Under the pieces are notes generated by a model. That model made no database searches. It was not told where the DNA came from and worked only from the letters and a program-made list of their open reading frames with translations. Shown here piece after piece: positions 13,369 through 27,252 of a stretch of DNA of 64,000 nucleotides. Made by a program: the position numbers and the translations under genes. The first letter of the stretch is position 1, and each line of letters starts with the position of its first letter. This DNA is from the human T2T-CHM13v2.0 reference genome, Homo sapiens: assembly GCF_009914755.1 (NCBI RefSeq), contig NC_060927.1. One strand, written 5' to 3'.

Positions 13369-15652
13369 GTGAGTAGGGGGAAATGCATGAGCTCAGCTCT
13401 GCCAGGGCACCACCAGAGGAGTCCAGCCCAGTGTGGTAGCCTGGGTGGGAGTGAATGATAAGAGCAAAGGCATCACCGGAGGTGTGGCAACAGCCCCTGG
13501 TCTGAACCAAAACTTTCAGAGTGAGTCCAACCGATTGCTCTTCAGATGAGGACTTGGGGGCTTCTTACTGTCTATCTACTGATCGTATTTCCTCTTACCC
13601 TCAAAATTTACCCTCTAGTGGGTCTTCTCTCTCGAGTGATGTTTAGGAGTGTCCTCCGGCTGCCTCCTTTCTGCACTCTCATTTCCCACTTCTTGGCGCC
13701 CACCCTATGTGGTTCTCACCCTGGCAGCCTCCAAGGTTGGGGTCCCTGGGGAATACTGAACCTTTCCCTCTGGTCTCCTTCCCCTTCACAGATGCATTCC
13801 AGCTTCTCACTGTTGCTCCTAACCATGGCATTTCCTTGAAGCTAGGATGCTGGTGATTGTAACGATGTTAAATGTGAAGTAAAAATGTGTCCAGAATCCA
13901 TGAAATACATTACAAGCTAAACCGTCATCCTTCCCTATGCTATGTGCATCTTAACTAGGGTGACTATACTTCCTGGTTTATGCTGGTTATCCTGGGGTCC
14001 TGTTTGCTTTATCATGTGTACAGGATAAAGTATGCCGGCTTGGATGATAAACAACATGCCACCCAATTTTAACTGATTTTCTGATCAGCTTGTGTCAAGT
14101 CAGTGCAGGGATCTTTGTGAAAATATCTTCCTGGTACCAGAAGGCCTGGTGCCATATGACATGGAGCCTAGAGCTCAGACTCTGTGTTCACCTGGACCTG
14201 GATTCAAATCTCAGCTTCTCCACTTACCAGCTGTGTGATCAGGAACAAGTTATTTAAACTCTCTGAACTCTATATCCTTATGTGAAAATGGGAACCATAA
14301 CAGTACCTACTTTAAAGAACCAATTGTGAGTATAAAATAAAATGGTGCACAGGAGATCACTAGCACAGGGACTGGAACCCAATCAGTAATAATTTCCTTC
14401 CCTTAGTCAATCAGAGAATTTGGGAGAAGAATAGTTAGGGTGTTTGTATCTTCATGCCAGAGAAAATTTTTGGCTACCTCTTAGGAGCAAAGTGGACTAC
14501 AGAGTCAACTGTGGGCTTTTCATGTCCTTATCAGCTCTTTCAACAACCCAACTGGGAGACTTAAGGAAAGGGAAGCTCTGAGAGACCAAGTGGCATGCCC
14601 AAGTCTCCACAGCTGGATGAAAAGGTCAGAACTCAACTCCAGGTCTCCTGACTGTAAACTCTATACTCCTTCCTCACCACCACCATGCTTCCATCTTCTG
14701 AGAACCTGCTGTCCGCAGGCCGTACGTCTCAGCTCCCCTTCTGTCAGCGCCACCCCATCTGAGTTGGCATGCGGGAGGATGTTTTGTCTGGTGGTGGAGG
14801 TGGTGTTGCCAGGACCAGATGTCCTGACTTCTAATTCCAGCTGCTGGGCAGATTCACAGCAACCTGAGCTGGTGCCTCTGTGTCTGTGCAGCTAAGAATA
14901 TACCCAGCAGGAAAGTGTGGGGAATGCCTGGAGACTAACAGCATGTTAAGGTCCCTGCTGAGGGGGTTCACAGGGCCATGTTTTTTCTGACTCTTTTGTA
15001 TTTATTGTGAGACCACCTCCCCACACCTTCAGAAGCGTAGCCCTGTTGGTTCCAAAACCACAGAGGGGCACATAAACAGGCATGCTCTGCCTTGAGCTGT
15101 CACTTCTAGGGATGGAAGCGGAGTCCTCCCTGCTCTCCCTGGACAGATATGGGTAGGGAGGGGGTAGGGACCAGCAGCTCTCCAGCCACTCTCAGGCCAT
15201 CATGGCACTGGGCTCCCATGCCTAGCACTCTTGGTCTGCTTTGACTTCAGCAATGTTGACCTGTGCCAGGCATGCGCCAGCATGGGCAGAGGATCTTCTA
15301 CCAAATAATAATTTTTAAACAATATATTCCCTCATAGAACAGTTTTTCACATAGTGTACCTTTTCTCCATTACTTCACTCCATCCTTACCATGTCCTGTG
15401 TGATAAGTTGAGGGCTATGGCTTGCAGATGAGGGAACTGAGGCATGGAGAGGCTCAGTGTCTTAGGCAAGGCAGCATGGCTTGTAAGCAGCAGGGTTGGG
15501 CCTTGGATCCAGGCCTCCTGACCAACCACTCAGGACTCTGTGTTGTACGACATGAGACATGTTCCTGTGCAGATTTGATTCCACTAATTCCCACCCACCC
15601 AACATTAGGCCTAGCTCCCTTGGGGCCTCCAGGGTAAGTGAAGAAAGAAGTA

Positions 15653-15799
15653 GGCCAGGTGCAGTGGCTCACGTCTCTAATCCCAGCACTTCGGGAGGCT
15701 GAGGTGGGAGGGTTGCTTGAGGAGAGGAGTTCGAGACTGCAGTGAGCTGATTGTGCCAGTGCATTCCAGCCTGGGCAAGAGAGCAAGAACCTGTTTCTG
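15653..15799 (+). mobile_element. Monomeric Alu (FRAM-like or arm-recombined)
   Basis: Single ~150-nt arm starting GGCCAGGTGCAGTGGCTCAC and ending with right-arm text. Confidence 0.8.
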
Positions 15800-15920
15800 A
15801 AGAAAGAAGAAGAAGAAGAAGAAGGAGAAGGAGAAGGAGAAGAAGAGGAAGAGGAGGAGGAGGAGGAAGAAGAAGAAGAAGAAGAAGAAGAAGAAGAAGA
15901 AGAAGAAGAAGAAGAAGGAG
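15800..15920 (+). repeat. (GAA)n/(GGA)n trinucleotide repeat; pure (GAA)17 at 15866-15916
   Basis: Counted directly; replaces the Alu monomer A-tail. Confidence 0.95.
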
Positions 15921-16522
15921 ACAGAATCTTAGAAAACTTTCTTAATCAATGATACTTGCTAGCAAAGGAAGAAGTATTAATAATATAATATAGCAAACTC
16001 AGCCCTGAGAATTAAATTCCTAAAGCTTCTGTAAGTTAGCTATTTTTTCCACATTGCAAATATCATCCTTTCCAGTTCAGCCCTTGCCCGTCCCCATAAC
16101 AATTGATATCCCATAGTAACATCTGAGAAGGAGAGACAGACAGGGTGTGGTATAAGATGTCCTCCTCTGTGGAGGGGAAGCATTCAAGGCCCCTTTCTTC
16201 TTGTGGGTTCTTGGCATCTTGGCACCTTTTGGTGAGCCCTGTTCCTAACCCCAGGGAGCTCAGATGGGCCATAGCACTCCTTCAACTTAGTGCTGAGTTC
16301 ACCTGCATCCAGTTTATGTTCCCTTCCCCAATGTTAGCCCATAAAATGTGGCAAATGAGAAAGTACAGGTAGAGTAGAGGCGAAGGATTGCATCTCTAGC
16401 TATGTTCCCATCACCAAAGGAGCCTGGGAAAATTCCGAGACTAAAGTGATTGCAAAATGCCACCAGGTTGCACCTACCCCTTAGTAAAAAAAAAAAGGAC
16501 AGTGTGTTAGGGAAACTGTAAT

Positions 16523-17153
<631 letters not shown>

Positions 17154-17418
17154 TGTAATCTTTCTTACCTTCTCTTGCCAGAGGGACAGCAGGTCCCAGG
17201 GGTATCACCATGGCCCAGGCTGTACACCCAGTCTATGTTGGCGACACTCACTTTGAGAGCTCCAGTGTCCATGCTGCTCAAGGGAGAGTCTGGATGCCAC
17301 ATAGGTAACCAGCGGCTGCAGGGAGAGGAGCAGTCTCCTACACACACAGCCTGCTTCCCTGACGCTGGGTGTGTGGAGAGGGAGCAGGGCCGTTGCTGTA
17401 TTTAATGAGTTAATTCTC

Positions 17419-17727
<309 letters not shown>

Positions 17728-17750
17728 TTATGAGTTAAACCTTTAGTTTA

Positions 17751-18150
17751 TGTCTTAGTCTACTTGTGCTACTATGACACAGTACCTGAGACTGGGTAAC
17801 TTACAAAGCTCAGAAATTTATTTTCCCACAGCTCTAGAGGCTGGGAAGTCCCAGATCAAGGCGCCGGCACTCCATGTCTATAAGGGTTGCACTTTCTGCT
17901 CCCAAGAAGGTGCTTTGCTGTTGCATTCTCCAGAGGGGACAGATACCGTGTTCACACACAGCAGAACGCAGGAGGTCAAATAAGGGCCCTGCCAATTCCC
18001 TTGAGCCCTTCTATAAGGCACTATTTCATTCATGATAGTAGAGCCTTCATGACTTAATCCCTTCCCTCAAAGGCCCCACCTCTCAGTACTGTTGCACAGA
18101 GCATTCAGTTTAAACATGAACTCGGAGGGGACACAAACAAAAGATAGCCG
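17751..18150 (-). mobile_element. MaLR solo LTR (MST/MLT1A-like)
   Basis: tgtcttagtc...aaatttattttcccacagctctagaggctgggaagtcccagatcaagg is the MST/MLT1A signature. Confidence 0.8.
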
Positions 18151-18337
18151 TATATGATAGATGCATTTTGGCTCATTCAAGATCATCCCACCATGAATAT
18201 GTCAGCAAACAAGGGGAAGTAAAACATTAGTATTACAAAATAACAAAAACTAACATTACTGAATGCTTCCTAGGCACAGGCACTGTCCTGAGAAGTTCAT
18301 ACATATTAACCCACTTATTTCAGACCTAGGGTATCTA

Positions 18338-18634
18338 TTTTTTTTTTTTTTTAGACGGAGTCTTGCTCTGCCGCCCAGGCTGGAGTGCAGTGGTGCAATT
18401 TCTGCTCACTGCAAACTCTGCCTCCTGAGTTCAAGCGATTCTCCTGTCTCAGCCTCCTGAGTAGCTGGGATTACAGGCACCCGCCACCACACCTGGCTAA
18501 TTTTTATATTTTTAGTAGAGATGGGGTTTCACCATGTTGGTCAGACTGGTCTCAAACTCCTGACCTCAGGTGATCCACTCGCCTCGGCCTCCCAAAGTGC
18601 TGGGATTACAGGCGTGAACCACTGCGCCCAGCCA
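18338..18634 (-). mobile_element. Alu (AluS-like) inserted into a MIR (~18255-18750)
   Basis: Reverse Alu; flanks contain MIR core gaggaaactgagg. Confidence 0.9.
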
Positions 18635-18826
18635 AGTGTCTATTTTTATTATCCTCAATTTGCACTTGAGGAAACTGAGGACCTGAGATTATAGGTGATC
18701 TGCTCCTGGGCACACAGCCACTAAGAGATAGAGCCAAGATTCCCAACCACACTGCTGCTCTCTGGGGTTTTTGCCCATTGCACCTTCTGCCCTCTGGCCA
18801 GTCTCTGTTGTGCTTTGGTTTCCTAG

Positions 18827-18935
18827 TGCATCACAGCCTCGTGGAGTTTCACTTGAAGGAACTGAGAAACAAGGACACCAACATCGAGGTTACCTTCCTT
18901 AGCAGTAACATCACCTCTTCATCTAAGATCACCAT
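18827..18935 (+). CDS. PLA1A: PLA1A exon 9 (HHSLVEFHLKELRNKDTNIEVTFLSSNITSSSKIT)
   Basis: Acceptor ttcctag|TG, donor CAT|gtacgt, with a second donor 4 nt downstream; inside ORF 18778..18960. Confidence 0.95.
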
Positions 18936-20679
18936 GTACGTAAGTGTCCCACCTGGTTGACTCCTCCCCTTAGGAGTTGGTTACTTTTTCATTTTACACA
19001 CATGGACATCCCAGGTCAGGGACTGTGTGATTGCTGATGCATGGGCCCAGCCGGCTTGGCTGGGGGCAGCACCTACTATAGATCCAGCCACAGACACATG
19101 CTGAGGAGCTGTTCAGTAGTGGGTCCAAGTATAGCAGATTCAGATGAGAGTAGGCAGGGCAAGCAGGCAGCAGGGATGGCATGTCCCAACAGATGGAGAG
19201 GACATAGGAATCAGGTCCCTGAGAGGAAACAGTACTCTGGAATCCAGACAGTGCGGGTATCAGGGATGTCAGTAGGGAGGAGGGCCTCAGTCACCAGCCC
19301 AGGAAGGGCTAGCCAGAGCCTGGAGAGCACCCACTCCTGGGAAAGGAGAGCAGTTCTGGGTCAGTTACCAGAATGGAATCTGAGGCACAGGGTCAGTCAG
19401 CAACGGAGTGCGAGCTGAGGGCCAGACTAGCGGCCAGGAGGGCTTGGTGCTGGGTGATTCCTGAAACTGGGGGTAGTCATTCCCTTCCTTTGTTGGGGCA
19501 GACTTGGGCTTGGGGGCTGGTGGGACTACGCTTGAAGTGAGAGGGCAAGGAACCCCAACTGTAGGGAGCCACAGCCTGCAGGGGATAGGAAGTCAGCAGC
19601 CATGGTGCATGCTTCTTTAAAAAGCAACCGGTTAGTTATTCACAAGCCAGCGGGAGACAGATTGTCAGATAATGTCACTGTCTCAGTGAGAGTCCGGTCA
19701 GGAAAACAGAGGAGGTCCAAGAGAAGGAATTTAGCACAGTGAACTCATTACAAGTGTGTTGGATGAGCTGGAAAACAGAGATGGGGACACAATGCAGAGA
19801 TTAATCACAACAGGAGCCAATACAACCCTAGGCTAGAGGGACAAAGCAGGAGTGGAGTTGGCAAAGCTGGGTCCACAGGGAAGGCTGCTTGGCAGGAGCT
19901 GAACCCATGGGAAGTGCGGCCCCTCTGGAACCCCTGCCCAAAGCAGCCACCCACCTGAGCATGCTTCCACTGGGTTAGACCTCACTGGAACCTGTTGGTG
20001 GGGGAACCTGCAGGGGAATAGATCAGTCCAGAGCAAACAGGGAAATGACCAGTGCACACACACTTAAATGAGTGAGCAATGCCCTGAGAGTGACAGCATA
20101 GAAGACAGAGTCTGACTGAGTCCAAGGAAATGATGAGCAGGCTTTCCAGGAGCTACCCAGGCCAGGCTTAGAGAGAATGTGACACCTCTGGTGTGTCTGG
20201 AGCACAGATTTGGGGTTGTGGGGATGCTGTGAGGCTGGAGAGGCAAGTCAGAGCCAGACCCTGCCAGGCCTTGAAGGACAGGTTTTTATCCTGAGAGTAG
20301 TTTGGAGAGCCACTGGGAGTTTTAAACAGGACAGTGATGAGATCAGATGTGAGTTTGGAGATATTTCTCGGGTTGGGATGTTGGACATGAACTCTGCTGT
20401 GAGGCACTACAAGTTTCTGCTGGAAGGAGTGCATTTCACTCCCAAAACCGTGGCCACTAGCTGGTGTTCCTTCTGGCTCACCCAAAGTCACACAGCTAGG
20501 TACAGCCATCAGGATTCCAGCACAGGCCTGCAGGTGCCCACAGAGCCTTGCAGATTGTGGCTGGATATCAGTAAGCCAAGTACCTTTCATTAGACCCGCT
20601 CAAGGTTGTGCTACTTCTAGAAGGGTGTTTTCATCATCTTCTAGCCCATTGGTAGGTCCAGCAACACTGGCAGGAGTCA

Positions 20680-20845
20680 TGAAAATGACCCACAACCCTG
20701 ACTGCACGTTAGAATCACCTGGAGAGCTTTAAAAAATACTGACGCCAAGCCCCCCAACCCAGACCAATCACATCAGGGTCTCTGGGCATAGGCTCCACAG
20801 CTACATTTTAAAAGCTCCCCGAGTAATTCCAGTCAACATCCACAG
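20680..20845. mobile_element. MER5A-like hAT-Charlie remnant
   Basis: ctgcacgttagaatcacctggagagctttaaaaaatactgacgcc signature. Confidence 0.7.
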
Positions 20846-22403
20846 ATTAGCGCTTCCTCCTCCATGAAGAGGTTCACATAACTCTTTTGAAGAAGGCACC
20901 AGAACATGATTCACTTCTTGCAGATCAGAAATTGGGGGAAAAACGGGGAGGTTATGTGTGGTCTTTTTCCAAATTTCTATAGCTTTATGCGACGCTAAGA
21001 TTTCCTTCTAATTGGAGAATTAACCTGGGCCAACTCCCCAAACCACTCACTTAAAAGATTTTTCATATTCCTTGTATTTTACAAACTCTTCAGTCTAAGC
21101 TTAAAGGAAACAATCTTATTTATTCCCTCTGTAATATTTCAAAAGACTTGTGAATTTAAAAAAAGAGGGAATGGTTTTTAAACAAAATTATACATGATCT
21201 TCCCTCAGAAGGAAAAAACAAGTGATATGACTAACACTGGACTAAAAAGAACACAAAGAGGCCCTATCACCACTCTGCGAAGGCCAGAAAGGAACAGGAA
21301 ACCCAGTTGGCAAGGGTGGTTCCCCACACCACCCCTGCCCCCGCCGAGAGGAACGCAGCGCCCTCCTTCTTTCCTCTTTTTCAGAGTCCCACTTGGATTC
21401 CAGGGAGGATCACAAAGGGCCCCACAAGTCAAATTCCTTCCCTAGCTGGGTGGTGCAGCTCTGCTGGGCGCCCTCCTTGATCCCCCACTCACCACCCTCA
21501 GGATCTGCTGGCTGGGCTGTGCCTTGCACTCAGCGTGAAGACTTTCCTCATTGAATCTCACGATTTTTTGCTTTTGTCTCCAGTACCTAGTACCTAGGGG
21601 GTACCACAGCCCTTTTGGAAGCACCCTGCTAGGTTGATCACTTCATACTCCTCCCTCATCTTTGTCTCAGTCCAAAGTGGTGCCTGAATCTTTAAACATA
21701 AAGGGAATCTGGGGGGGCAAAGCCAAGAGGCTGGGTTAAGACAGAACTGGATGCCATTTTCACTCTGAGTCTCCTCAGCTGAAGTCAGTATGAACCAAAC
21801 CCTACGGTTCAAGTTCATAGCAGCATGTAGGGAAGCTGGAACTTACACCTAGTTGCTATGTGACTCCACAGCCACCTTGCCAGCTTAGGTAACTTGTCCA
21901 AAGCCATACAGCTGGGAAGACAAACCTGGGTTCCACCCAACTCTGTCTGCGCTTCATGATGTTTTCTTGTTGCTGTTTCCACCCACACATTCATACTTAG
22001 CCTAAAACAGAAAAGTCCTTACACAGAATTCTTTGAAAAGGAATGTCCTAAAAGAGGGTTTCTACTTCTGGGTAATTAGATCTGAAGGTGAAGATCTCCT
22101 CCAGCTAGGAATCCAAGAACGAGGAACAGTTTTTCCAGATATGAAAATCCAGGAGCTACTATTTTGTTGCAGTGTCCACTTGTTTATTCTAAAAAATCAA
22201 CAACTACTTTCTTGGTCATATTCAAAGCTGTAGGTGTGGGCAGAGGGGCTGGTGAAGGTGACACAAAGGACTGTGGTAAGGAGCTAACCCCTTGGTGCAT
22301 GACAGCCAACCAGTGCCACCAGCAGAGCCCGATCGGAGCCAAAGGGGAAGTACAGGTGGTAAGGGCTACAGTCATTTACTTTCCCTTTACCCTTTTCTTG
22401 CAG

Positions 22404-22568
22404 ACCTAAGCAGCAACGCTATGGGAAAGGAATCATAGCCCATGCCACCCCACAATGCCAGATAAACCAAGTGAAATTCAAGTTTCAGTCTTCCAACCGA
22501 GTTTGGAAAAAAGACCGGACTACCATTATTGGGAAGTTCTGCACTGCCCTTTTGCCTGTCAATGACAG
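22404..22568 (+). CDS. PLA1A: PLA1A exon 10 (PKQQRYGKGIIAHATPQCQINQVKFKFQSSNRVWKKDRTTIIGKFCTALLPVND)
   Basis: Acceptor cttgcag|AC, donor ACAG|gtaagc; open in the expected frame. Confidence 0.95.
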
Positions 22569-23086
22569 GTAAGCCCCAGTATTCACCTCTGCACCAGATG
22601 CACTCACACATCAAAGACCAGTCTTGGCATTAGATGTGCTGCCTATTGAGGTTCAATCTCATCATAGTGATTATCATCTTAGAAGCAGAGATGACAGACA
22701 CCCGGTGTTTTCCAGAACCTCCTGTGGGACCATCTTGGGTTGGGGAAATTCCACTGTATTTGTTCTGCATATTTGGTTTCTATGTAAGATTTTATTAGAA
22801 CAAAGTTTTCTCATTGCATATTTTCTCCTCTGTGGCCTCCACTCCAACTGTGTCATGGGTCACATTCATGGGTGTGGATCCAGAATCCACATCCCCTTTC
22901 CCTTCCTCTAAAGGCATTTATGTCATTAACCTTACCACCCCTGGGCACTTGGACCACAGGAACTGGCTCTTAATTGTAGGTGATTGCAGATTTCTTTCAC
23001 CAGACATCATGGGAATTCAAAAGCCACACAATGCCAAGCCCTGTCTCCTCACCAGCCACTGCTCTCTTATTGCTCTTCTCTTCCAG

Positions 23087-23171
23087 AGAAAAGATGGTCT
23101 GCTTACCTGAACCAGTGAACTTACAAGCAAGTGTGACTGTTTCCTGTGACCTGAAGATAGCCTGTGTGTAG
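23087..23171 (+). CDS. PLA1A: PLA1A exon 11 coding part (EKMVCLPEPVNLQASVTVSCDLKIACV*)
   Basis: Acceptor cttccag|AG; stop TAG ends at 23171 (ORF 22980..23171). Confidence 0.95.
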
Positions 23172-23489
23172 TTTAACCTGGGCAGGACACATCTCCCTGC
23201 ATTTTTTTTTTTTTTTTGAGAGAGAGGTGTGATGAGGGATGTGTGTGTGCAGCTTATTGTAGACCATTACTACTAAGGAGAAAAGCAAAGCTCTTTCTTA
23301 TTTTCCTCATAATCAGCTACCCTGGAGGGGAGGGAGAACTCATTTTACAGAACTTGGTTTCCTTTGCCGATCTTATGTACATACCCATTTTAGCTTTCCC
23401 ATGCATACTTAACTGCACTTGCTTTATCTCCTTGGGCATTCGTACTTAGGATTCAATAGAAACATGTACAGGGTAAACAATTTTTTAAA

Positions 23490-23495
23490 AATAAA
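23490..23495 (+). terminator. PLA1A: PLA1A polyadenylation signal AATAAA
   Basis: First AATAAA after the stop; upstream TGTA elements and a downstream T-rich tract. Confidence 0.8.
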
Positions 23496-24815
23496 ACTTC
23501 ATGGAGTATCTGAATCATTTAATTGTTTTACTTGAATGGAATTCTGTTACCTACAAAAAGTTGAGATTTATACTCTGTGGGATTGGAGAAAACAGTATTG
23601 CATTATCGGTATTAAAATAGCAACTAAAAGAAGTACTTGGAAAAAGAGAGGGGATGAAGGGTAGGGAGGAAGATGGCACCATTTACCAACCCTTACCATT
23701 ACCTCCTCTGGATATCTGGAAGGTTTGAGGGATCAGAGAGATCTTGGGGAATACAGGTAGATTTCCTCTGGGTTAGTGTTTCCCAAACTTTGATCTTTGT
23801 AAATAACCTTGTATCAGCCGCAGCCCAGCAAAAAACAGATGGTGCGCTCAATCTGGGTTATTTGAGGAGAATTTAAGAAAAGGACAATTTGCCATAGTCT
23901 TTTGTGGGGCAACCACAGGGATAATGCAGTTCCCTGAAGCTACTGGCAGTAGAAGCTGCTACTACCCTACCTGTGAAGAGGCCAGAGAAGGAGGGGAAGC
24001 ACCAGAAGGCTGCAGACCTGCAGTGCAGGGACACAGCCAGCCAGCAGCAACCCCGCAGGGAGGGAGCAGAAGCACAGGTTCTCTGACTTCACTCTTCTTC
24101 CTCTCCCATTTTCCTGCTAGTGCTCCCCATTAAGGACCCCCAACAGAAGCCAGAGGACAAATAACACATTGACATGGCCTAACCAGGCCCGGGGCATACA
24201 GCAGGACAGAGAAGGTTGGAGAGTGGATGGGAAGGGGGTGCGGAACTAACAGATATGGCACACGCCTTCACCACTTTCCCAAATCCAGGTTGCCTCGGAT
24301 TCTTTTATTCTTTAAATTCACTTTTTAAAAAACATAAATAAATGAGCTTTAAAAGGAAACTGCTGACTTGCTGATTCACTCTCCACAATGAAGACAGGGA
24401 GAATGATGTAAGCAACAGGCTGCAATTACTTCATCTGGGCCAAGTCAGCCAGGGCACTGAGAGAGCTTCGGCCTTTGTCCAGGCCTTGGAAATGCAACCA
24501 AAAGGACAGGTGAGGCTCACGAAGATGTTTAACTGTCTGCATGATCACAGTCATGTCTAAAGAATACACATGTTCCCTGCTATGTAGGCTTGCAATTTTC
24601 TATTTTGCCTCAAACCAAAAACCCTCCTTTCCTTTTCCTTCTCTTTACTCCACCCAGGTTCCTCCCTAGAGACAGTCTTACCCTGAGCTGTATTACGCTG
24701 CACTTCCATTTGCCATCTTGGGAGACACTGCTTAGCACATACTTCTTCCTTAGTTTTCCCCACTGCTCGTTGCTTTTTTTTCCAAATGTGTATCACATTT
24801 CTGTGATGAAAATCA

Positions 24816-25145
<330 letters not shown>

Positions 25146-25567
25146 ATCATGTTTTGTGATGTTGATGCTAACTGGTGTTAAACTCACTCAATCTGTTTTT
25201 CAGTGGCCTCAAATTCCATTCTGCTTTTGGCCATAGCCCTGGGTTTCTTTGCGAATATTTTCTTATTTTTAAACACTGTTAGACTTTCTCACATGTTACT
25301 TTGCTCCGTCAGAAATTTTGGATTATTACCTTACATGGAAAAACCAGTTTCTCTACTCATAAATTAATCCTAGAAACAAATACAATGAGAACATTATAAT
25401 GTTTAACATTCCAACTAGATACTGTGGTCTGATGCAGGCTTAAGTCCTGGGCCTGTTTTTTCCTTTTTTTTTTTTTTTTCCTTTCATGTTCAGGAGGCAA
25501 AATTTTTTCTTTACTACAAAGGGGAAATTTGCAAGTATGTGAGAGATGTTAAAAATTTATCAGCACT

Positions 25568-25852
25568 GGCCAGGCACGGTGTTGTCCAGCACTTTGGGAG
25601 GCCAAGGCAGGCAGATCACCTGTGGTCTGGAGTTCAAGACAAGCCTGGCCAACATGGTGAAACCCTGTCTCTACTAAAAATACAAAACATTAGCCGAGCG
25701 TGGTGGCAGGCGCCTGTAATCCCAGCTACTCGGGAGGTTGAGGCAGGAGAATCGCTTGAACCCGGAGGGGTGGAGGTTGCAGTGAGCCGAGATCGAGCCA
25801 CTGCACTCCAGCCTGGGAAACAAGAGCAAAACTCTGTCTCAAAAAAAAAAAA
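25568..25852 (+). mobile_element. Alu (AluS-like, small 5' deletion)
   Basis: Alu consensus with A-tail. Confidence 0.92.
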
Positions 25853-26564
25853 TTATTAACACTGAATGGAAACATTTTTCTATATGTAATCACTGGATGG
25901 AAAGGATATAAAAAAATGCATAACTGTCTATGAGATGGAATGTTGTTTAATGCTGGGTCTATGTGGTACCTAAAATCATCCTGTCCAGGGGCACGTGGCC
26001 CACACTTTGGGAAACATGGCTTTAAGTAGATGGGATGTCTGTGGGGTCAGGGAAAGGGAGAGCTAACACGGAACTCTGCTCCATGGCAGAACAAAAGCAG
26101 AACTTGGGTCTCCCTTCCACACCCACTTTGCTCACTCTGCTGCAGTCTTTTCATGAACAGAGACTATTACAGAACTAATTAAATTCAACAGGCAGATTCA
26201 CCACCAAGTGCAAGATACACTGCCGTAAGATACAGAACAATGTGACCTTGGAATAGGCACGCAACAAAAACATCCAACATTGCACAGCTTTTTACTATGT
26301 TCCAGGCACCATTCTGAGTGTTTCATATGTATTAACATATTTTATCCTCTCAGCAAGCCTATGAGATACATGCTATTATTATCCCACTTTATAGATAAAG
26401 AAATCAAGAGGCTGAGGAACCTTCAAGATCACAGGTCTAGTAAGTAAAGGAGCCAGGATTCAAATGCCAGCTGTCCGCCCCAGAGCCAGGTGATTAATCA
26501 CCACTCTAACCAGACTCAGAAACATGACACAGAAGTAGCCCCTAAAGGTCCACAATGCAACCCT

Positions 26565-26735
26565 GTGGGACTGGATACATAATTTACAGGGTTCAGTGCA
26601 AAATAAAAATGCAGGCTCCTTATTTAAAAAGTTGAGAATTTCAAGATGGTGACAGCAGAGCATGAAACCAAGTGTGGGGCCTGAGTGGAGCCCTGTGCCC
26701 AGGTGTACAGGTCGCATGCCCAGGAAACTGGCCTT
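26565..26735 (-). mobile_element. MER45-like hAT-Tip100 remnant
   Basis: cagtgcaaaataaaaatgcagg...aatttcaagatggtgacagcagagca resembles MER45A as remembered. Confidence 0.6.
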
Positions 26736-26919
26736 GCAGCCAGGTGAGCCAGCTGTCAATTCCCAGAGCCGGGCATTCCAGCCGAGCTTGTGTAGTGCAG
26801 CTGACTGTGAACCCAGACAAACCTCAGTTGGCTAAGGAAGAAAGTTGTGAAGGATGAAAAAAAGGTCATAGGGCCTTTGAGAGGGATGCTAGTGTTTCTT
26901 ACAGAAAATATTCAGACCC

Positions 26920-27252
<333 letters not shown>

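Noticed and set aside
23202-23225. T16-GAGA in the PLA1A 3'UTR resembling an antisense Alu end
   Set aside because: No Alu body follows; treated as a simple homopolymer.
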